From Octopus sinensis (lineage: Eukaryota), in contig NW_021835671.1 in NCBI RefSeq assembly GCF_006345805.1, positions 1 through 25,918 on the forward strand: DNA of 25,918 nucleotides. Direction: 5' to 3'. Numbering within the stretch: the first letter of the stretch is position 1; the number at the start of each line of letters is the position of its first letter. A model generated the notes under the pieces. The model was not told the origin of the DNA, ran no database searches, and was given only the letters and a program-made list of their open reading frames with translations. Position numbers and translations under genes: made by a program. Shown piece by piece: positions 20,592 through 25,918 of this stretch.

Positions 20592-20811
20592 TGTCAGAAT
20601 CGTTAGGACGCTGGGCGAAATGCTTACGGTATTTCGTTTGTCGTTACATTCTGAGTTCAAATTCCGCTGAGGTCGACTTTGCCTTTCATCCTTTCGGGGG
20701 TCGATAAATAAATACCAGTTATGCAATGGGGTCGATGTAATTGACTTAAACCATGTGTCTGTCCTTGTTTGTCCCCTCTGTGTTTAGCCCCCTGTAGGCA
20801 GTAAGAAATAG
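20592..20811 (+). mobile_element. SINE family 2
   Basis: GAGTTCAAATTCC B-box-like motif, GCCTTTCATCCTTTCGGGG central motif, AAGAAATAG tail. Confidence 0.85.
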
Positions 20812-20923
20812 GTCCTCGTCTGATCCACCTGATTTGCTGATCTTGCTGCCAAGATAGACAAACTCACTAATGTCCTCCGCAGGGTTCATATGGAACCCTT
20901 TTAAGACTGACTCACCTCTGGTT

Positions 20924-21145
20924 CATCATCATCATTGTTTAATGTCCATTTTCCATGTTGGCGTAGGTTGGATGGTTTGACAGGGGCTGGTAAGGCTGGA
21001 GAGCTGTCCAGGCTCCAATTATCTGTTTTGGCATGGTTTCTACAACTTGATGCCCTTCCTGATGCCAACCACCTTAGAGAGTGTGGTGCTGGGTGCTTAT
21101 ATCAGGGCACCAGCACAAGTGCATTTTATGTGGTACCAGCACTAC
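20924..21145 (-). mobile_element. (GAT)n-tailed family copy
   Basis: CATCATCATCATTGTTTAATGTCC..GATGCCCTTCCTGATGCCAACCAC. Confidence 0.7.
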
Positions 21146-21292
21146 ATTCTTATAAATAAATAAATTTTTTGTTAATTTACGTTCAAGAGTTTTGAGTTGG
21201 TAGAACTATAAAAATATCAGACTAGATGTCTTGTAGTGCTTGTTCCAGCTCTACATTCTCTTTTCAAATCCTGCCACAAGCCAAGACTGAAT

Positions 21293-21495
21293 TCTTTTAC
21301 TCTTTTACTTGTTTCAGTCATTTTGACTGTGGCCATGCTGGAGCACCGCCTTTAATCGAGCAACTCGACCCCGGGACTTATTCTTTTGTAAGCCCAGTAC
21401 TTATTCTATCGGTCGGGGACATAAACACACCAGCATCGGTTGTCAGGCGATGTTGGGAGACACACAGACACACAAACATATACACACACATACAC

Positions 21496-21530
<35 letters not shown>

Positions 21531-21687
21531 CGACGGGCTTCTTTCAGTTTCCGCCTACCAAATCCACTCACAAGGCTTTGGTCGGCCCGAAGCTATAGTA
21601 GAAGACACTTGGCCAAGGTGCCACGCAGTGGGAATGAACCCGGAACCATGTGGATGGTAAGCAAGCTACTTACCACACAGCCACTCC
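21293..21687 (-). mobile_element. SINE family 1 (small internal deletion)
   Basis: Reverse-complement copy. Confidence 0.88.
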
Positions 21688-21812
21688 AAGTACTGGAGGC
21701 GATAAATTTGATTAAAAATTCTTCAAGTCAGTGCCCCAGGATGGTCGCAGTCTAATAACTGAAGCAAGTAAAATATACAAGAATTTAGTGATGACAAATA
21801 TAGTTATTGTAC

Positions 21813-22105
21813 TTAGTTAGTTAGTTAGTTAATTATTTGGCTCAAAAAGCAAAAAGCAAGGCCATGTAGGGGGACATGGAGTTATGTACAGGGTGGTGTT
21901 CATGTAAAGAGTTCAGGCCACTTGTGGTCAAGGGAGACTTTGAACCGAGCGGTCATCGGCATCTTCACCATCTCGTCCGGCAGCTTATTCCATGGATCCG
22001 CAACCCGGATGGAGAAAGCCCCTCTCCTTCGATTGAGATGAAATCGTTGCAGATAGAGCTTTTCGGAGTGACCCCGCAGCCGACGCTCTGGAGCAGCAGT
22101 GCGAT
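21813..22105 (-). mobile_element. CR1/L2-group LINE 3' end with (TAAC)n tail
   Basis: APERRLRGHSEKLYLQRFHLNRRRGAFSIRVADPWNKLPDEMVKMPMTARFKVSLDHKWPELFT*, then 3' UTR and tail. Confidence 0.85.
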
Positions 22106-22243
22106 AAATTCTTGATAATATTCCAAATTAATTAAAACATGTAGTTTCTGTGTTTTCATAAGAAATAGAATCAGAAAAAGAGTTAAATTTAATCCCAATT
22201 AAAATCTCATTATAACGCTAACGATATTGTGAGAGATTTATTG

Positions 22244-22496
22244 TGAGCTGGCAGAATCGTTAGTATGCTGGGCAAAATGCTTAGTAGCATTTTGTGTCTT
22301 CATATTTTGAGTTCAATTTCTACTGAGGTCAACATTGTCTTTTGTCTTTTTGGGGTTGATAAAATATGTACCAGTTGAACACTGGGGTCATCATCATCGT
22401 TTAACATCTGCTTTCCATGCTAGCATGGGTTGGACCGTTCGACTGGGGTCTGGGAAGCCAGGTGGCTGCACCAGGCCCAATCTGATCTGGCAGCAT
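22244..22496. mobile_element. Degraded SINE2 (+) followed by a (GAT)n-family 3' fragment (-)
   Basis: GAGCTGGCAGAATCGTTAG head to CACTGGGGTC (~22390), then ATCATCATCGTTTAACATC.., cut by the MITE. Confidence 0.7.
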
Positions 22497-22500
22497 TTAA

Positions 22501-22723
22501 CCCTTTAGCATTGAAACTGGCCATATCCAGCCAAAAATATTCTGCCTGTTTTATGTTCAAACTGGCCAGATCTGGTCTCTCACACCAACCCTACAATATC
22601 GTTTTAAAAATTAACAGCTACCTCATCAAAATCTCATAGCTACAAGATTAATGAATGATTAGTTCAAAACAATGTGGATAAAAAAAGGATTAATTTTGGC
22701 AGAATAATGCGAACACTAAAGGG
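22501..22723. mobile_element. piggyBac-type MITE, copy 3 (223 bp)
   Basis: TTAA (22497-22500) CCCTTTAG...CTAAAGGG TTAA (22724-22727). Confidence 0.92.
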
Positions 22724-23167
22724 TTAAGGGCTAGGTGTATGGAAGAAGGATGTTATCTATATTGAGATGGTCATGGTTAGAATGCTTTTATACTTTTATA
22801 ATAAATCTGCTTTTTGATCAAGGCCCACCTGAGGCTGACAGGAACACCCGGTGTATAAAATTACAAGTTTTACTTAGAGCCCTTCCCAAAGTTGTAATTA
22901 TAATGAAAGTTAATTAAAATACATCGGAAGTTTACTTGTCGGAAATATAACGAGAAAACGATTAAGTATTCATTGAAAGCAAAAATGAACAAGAAATTTG
23001 AGAAATGTGTGAAGGTCACCCTGGAAATATGAGTACGCTTATAAAAAGAGAAGTATAGGGGCAGGAAGGGCTGTCTGGTAAGAAGCTTACTTCCTAATCA
23101 CATAATTCCAGATTCAGTCTCACTGCGTGGGTCCTTGGGCAAGTGTTTTCTACTATAGATCTAGACC

Positions 23168-23580
23168 TTACTCTTTACTCTTTTACTTGTTTCAGTCATT
23201 TGACTGTGGCCATGCTGGAGCACCACCTTTAGTCGAGCAAATCGACCCCGGGACTTATACTTTTGTAAGCCCAGTCAGTTACTTATTCTATCGGTTTCTT
23301 TTGCCGAACCGCTAAGTAACAGGGACGTAAACACACCAGCATCGGTTGTCAAGCAATGCTAGGGGGACAAACACAGACACACAAACACATACACGCATAT
23401 ATATATATATATATACACGACGGGTTTCTTTCAGTTTCCGTCTACCAAATCCACTCACAAGGCTTTGGTCGGCCCGAGGCTATAGCAGAAGACACTTGCC
23501 CAAGTTGCCACACAGTGGGACTGAACCCGGAACCATGTGGTTGGTAAACAAGCTACTTACCACACAGCCACTCCTGCGCC
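23168..23580 (-). mobile_element. SINE family 1 (preceded by a degraded plus-strand head, ~23060-23160)
   Basis: Full-length reverse copy. Confidence 0.9.
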
Positions 23581-23844
23581 TTGTCAATATTCTCTCTCTC
23601 TTCGAAGTACGTTATGGGTACACGTGTCTGAGGAGTACTCAGCCACTTGCACATTAATTTCATGAGCAGGCTGTTCTGTTGATTGGATGAACTGGAACCC
23701 TTGTAATTGCAGCCAATGGAGAACCAGTGTGTTTTTGGTGGCGGTATTGCCCCCCCCCCCACTGCTTGGCGACCAGTGTTGGTATGTTTACATCCCTTAA
23801 ATTAGCAGTTTGGCAAAAGAGACTGATGGAATAAGTACCTGACT

Positions 23845-24282
23845 TTACCATTTGGCATTTAAACCGGCCGTATCCAGCCCAAATATTCTACCTTGTTTTA
23901 TGTCGATACTGGTCAGATCCAGCCTCTCATACCTACCCTACAACGTCATTCTAAAAATAAACAATTGCATCTTCAAAATCTTAAAGCTATGAGGGAATGC
24001 ATGATTAATTGAAAATAAACATCATCGTTTAACATCCGCTTTCCATGCTAGCATGGGTTGGACGATTTGACTGAGGGCTGGCGAACCAGATGGGTGCACC
24101 AGGCCCCAATCTTGATCTGGCAGTGTTTCTACAGCTGGATGCCCTTCCTAATGCCAACCACTCCGAGAGTGTAGTGGGTGCTTTTCACGTGCCACCGGCA
24201 CGGGGGCCAGTCAGGCGGTACTGGCAATGACCTCAAATAAATAATACATTTGACAGAGTAAGGCTGAAAGCTAAAGGGTTAA
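23845..24282. mobile_element. Old piggyBac-MITE relative with a nested (GAT)n-family copy (~24020-24234)
   Basis: GGCATTTAAACCGGCC.. start and GCTAAAGGGTTAA end; AAATAAA flanks the nested insert on both sides. Confidence 0.7.
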
Positions 24283-24442
24283 AGAAAAAGAAAAAAAATT
24301 AAGTATTGGGGGTCAATTCATTCGACTAAAAATTCTTCAAGGGGGTGCCCCGGCATGGCCACATTCTAATGACTGAATCAAGAAAAAGATAAACGACTAA
24401 AAAATTATAACAATAAAATTTTGATGATGCAAATAAGAACAT

Positions 24443-24627
24443 AGGCGCAGGAGTGACTGTGTGGTAAGTAGCTTGCTTACCAACCACATGGTTCCGGGTT
24501 CATTCCCACTGTGTGGCACCTTGGGCAAGTGTCTTCTACTATAGCCTCAGGCCGACCAAAGCCTTGTGAGGATTTGGTAGACAGAAACTGAAAGAAGCCC
24601 GTTGTGTATATATATGTGTATCTATAC

Positions 24628-24663
<36 letters not shown>

Positions 24664-24856
24664 ATATATATGTATGTATATGTTTGTGTGTCTGTGTTTG
24701 TCTCCCCAACACCACTTGACAACCGATGCTGGTGTATTTTCGTCCCCGTAACTTAGCAAAAGAGACTGATGGAATAAGTCCTGGGGTCGATTTGCTCGAC
24801 TAAAGGCTGTGCTCCAGCATGGCCGCAGTCAAATGACTGAAACAAGTAAAAGAGAG
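24443..24856 (+). mobile_element. SINE family 1
   Basis: Head-to-tail match with internal deletions. Confidence 0.88.
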
Positions 24857-25255
24857 TGTACTGGGAAAATTCACTTTTCCTTTTTTTTCATCAAAATTAG
24901 GAATGCGTATAATACGTGGTATTAAGACTCCGTCACCAACGTATTAAGCAAAGAACGTAATATCGTAATAAAGCCATATTTGTTTTAGATTTTTTTATTA
25001 CATATATTTTATGTAAAATGAAATATTTATAACTAATGTCAGATTAAAGGAGATTATCTGCTCTTATAGCCAAAGTAGAATACCACATGTTATACATGGT
25101 ATTATGAGGTTTTTAAGAACAATTTGGGTCCCAGAATTGAGTTACATGTTCATAAAGAAATATCATCTGTCTATTTTCTTGTGAAATTTTAAGTATTCTA
25201 AAAATTATATTCAGAAATTTCTGAAATATCTGAAAAAATTTCAAAATGTTAGTAA

Positions 25256-25683
25256 AGGCGCAGGAGTGGCTGTATGGTAAGTAGCTTGTTTACTAACCAC
25301 ATGGTTTCGGGTTCAGTCCCACTGCGTGGCACCTTGGGTAAGTGTCTTCTACTATAGCCTTGGGCCGACCAATGCCTTGTGAGTGGATTTGGTAGACAGA
25401 AACTGAAAGAAGCTGTCGTATATATGTATATATATATATATATATATAATATATATGATATATATATATATATGGATGTATTATGTATGTATGTATGTTT
25501 GTTCCCCCTAGCATTGCTTGACAACGATGCTGGTGTGTTTATGTCCCCGTTACTTAGTGGTTCGGCAAAAAGGACCGATAAATAAGTACTGGGCTTACAA
25601 AAGGATAGTCCCGGGTCGAGTTGCTCGATTAAAGGCGGTGCTCCAGCATGGCCGCAGTCAAATGACTGAAAGAAGTAAAGAGA
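25256..25683 (+). mobile_element. SINE family 1
   Basis: Full-length copy. Confidence 0.9.
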
Positions 25684-25853
25684 AAGTTGTGGTCAAAGGG
25701 TACAGCAGGGATCGCCACCATCCCCTGCCGGAGCCTCGTGAGCTTTAGGTGTTTTCGCTCAATAAACACTCACAACGCCCGGTCTGGGAATCGAAACCGC
25801 GATCCTATAACCGCGAGTCCACTGCCCTAACCACTGGGCCATTGCGCCTCCAC
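25684..25853 (-). mobile_element. 5' part of another tRNA-headed SINE
   Basis: Minus strand GTGGAGGCGCAATGGCCCAGTGGTTAGGGCAG..GGTTTCGATTCCC (A and B boxes), continuing into a non-tRNA body. Confidence 0.75.
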
Positions 25854-25918
25854 AAAGTGTCAACTTAGGCAAATACTGGAAACCAACTTTTTTTCAGAAA
25901 TTCTGGGAATTTTAATGA

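Noticed and set aside
4394-25585. Recurring 60-140 aa ORFs such as MLGGQT..RRASFSFRLPNPLTRLWSARGYSRRHLPK
   Set aside because: Chance frames through SINE1 copies, appearing in several frames and on both strands.
25780-25853. tRNA gene (also the SINE heads elsewhere)
   Set aside because: A and B boxes are present, but no complete acceptor stem could be formed and the sequence continues into a SINE body.

Overview
AT-rich eukaryotic non-coding DNA made almost entirely of nested repeats. The repeat families look like those of octopus/coleoid genomes (inference from recall, not from a search). No intact host gene, rRNA, true tRNA or CRISPR array is supported. Main content: about 14 copies or fragments of a tRNA-headed SINE with an internal (TA/TG)n tract, other tRNA-headed SINEs, and 5'-truncated copies of a (GAT)n-tailed retroposon. 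Also present: an RTE-type RT relic split into four pieces (~2875-5260), other RTE and CR1 fragments, a TIR-complete but dead D,D34D mariner with two nested insertions, three near-identical TTAA-flanked piggyBac-type MITEs, an 8-bp-TSD MITE carrying TTAGGG/G4 sequence, tandem arrays of 194, 19 and 93 bp, and a 1.4-kb TA microsatellite. The most unusual signals are a minimal hammerhead-ribozyme core (2779-2808, minus), a direct-repeat-flanked filler with a fold-back end inside the RTE relic, and three diverged modules sitting in (TA)n that share an AGGGTA...ACCA terminus. Family names come from motif recognition and need Dfam/Repbase confirmation. Most repeat boundaries are approximate.
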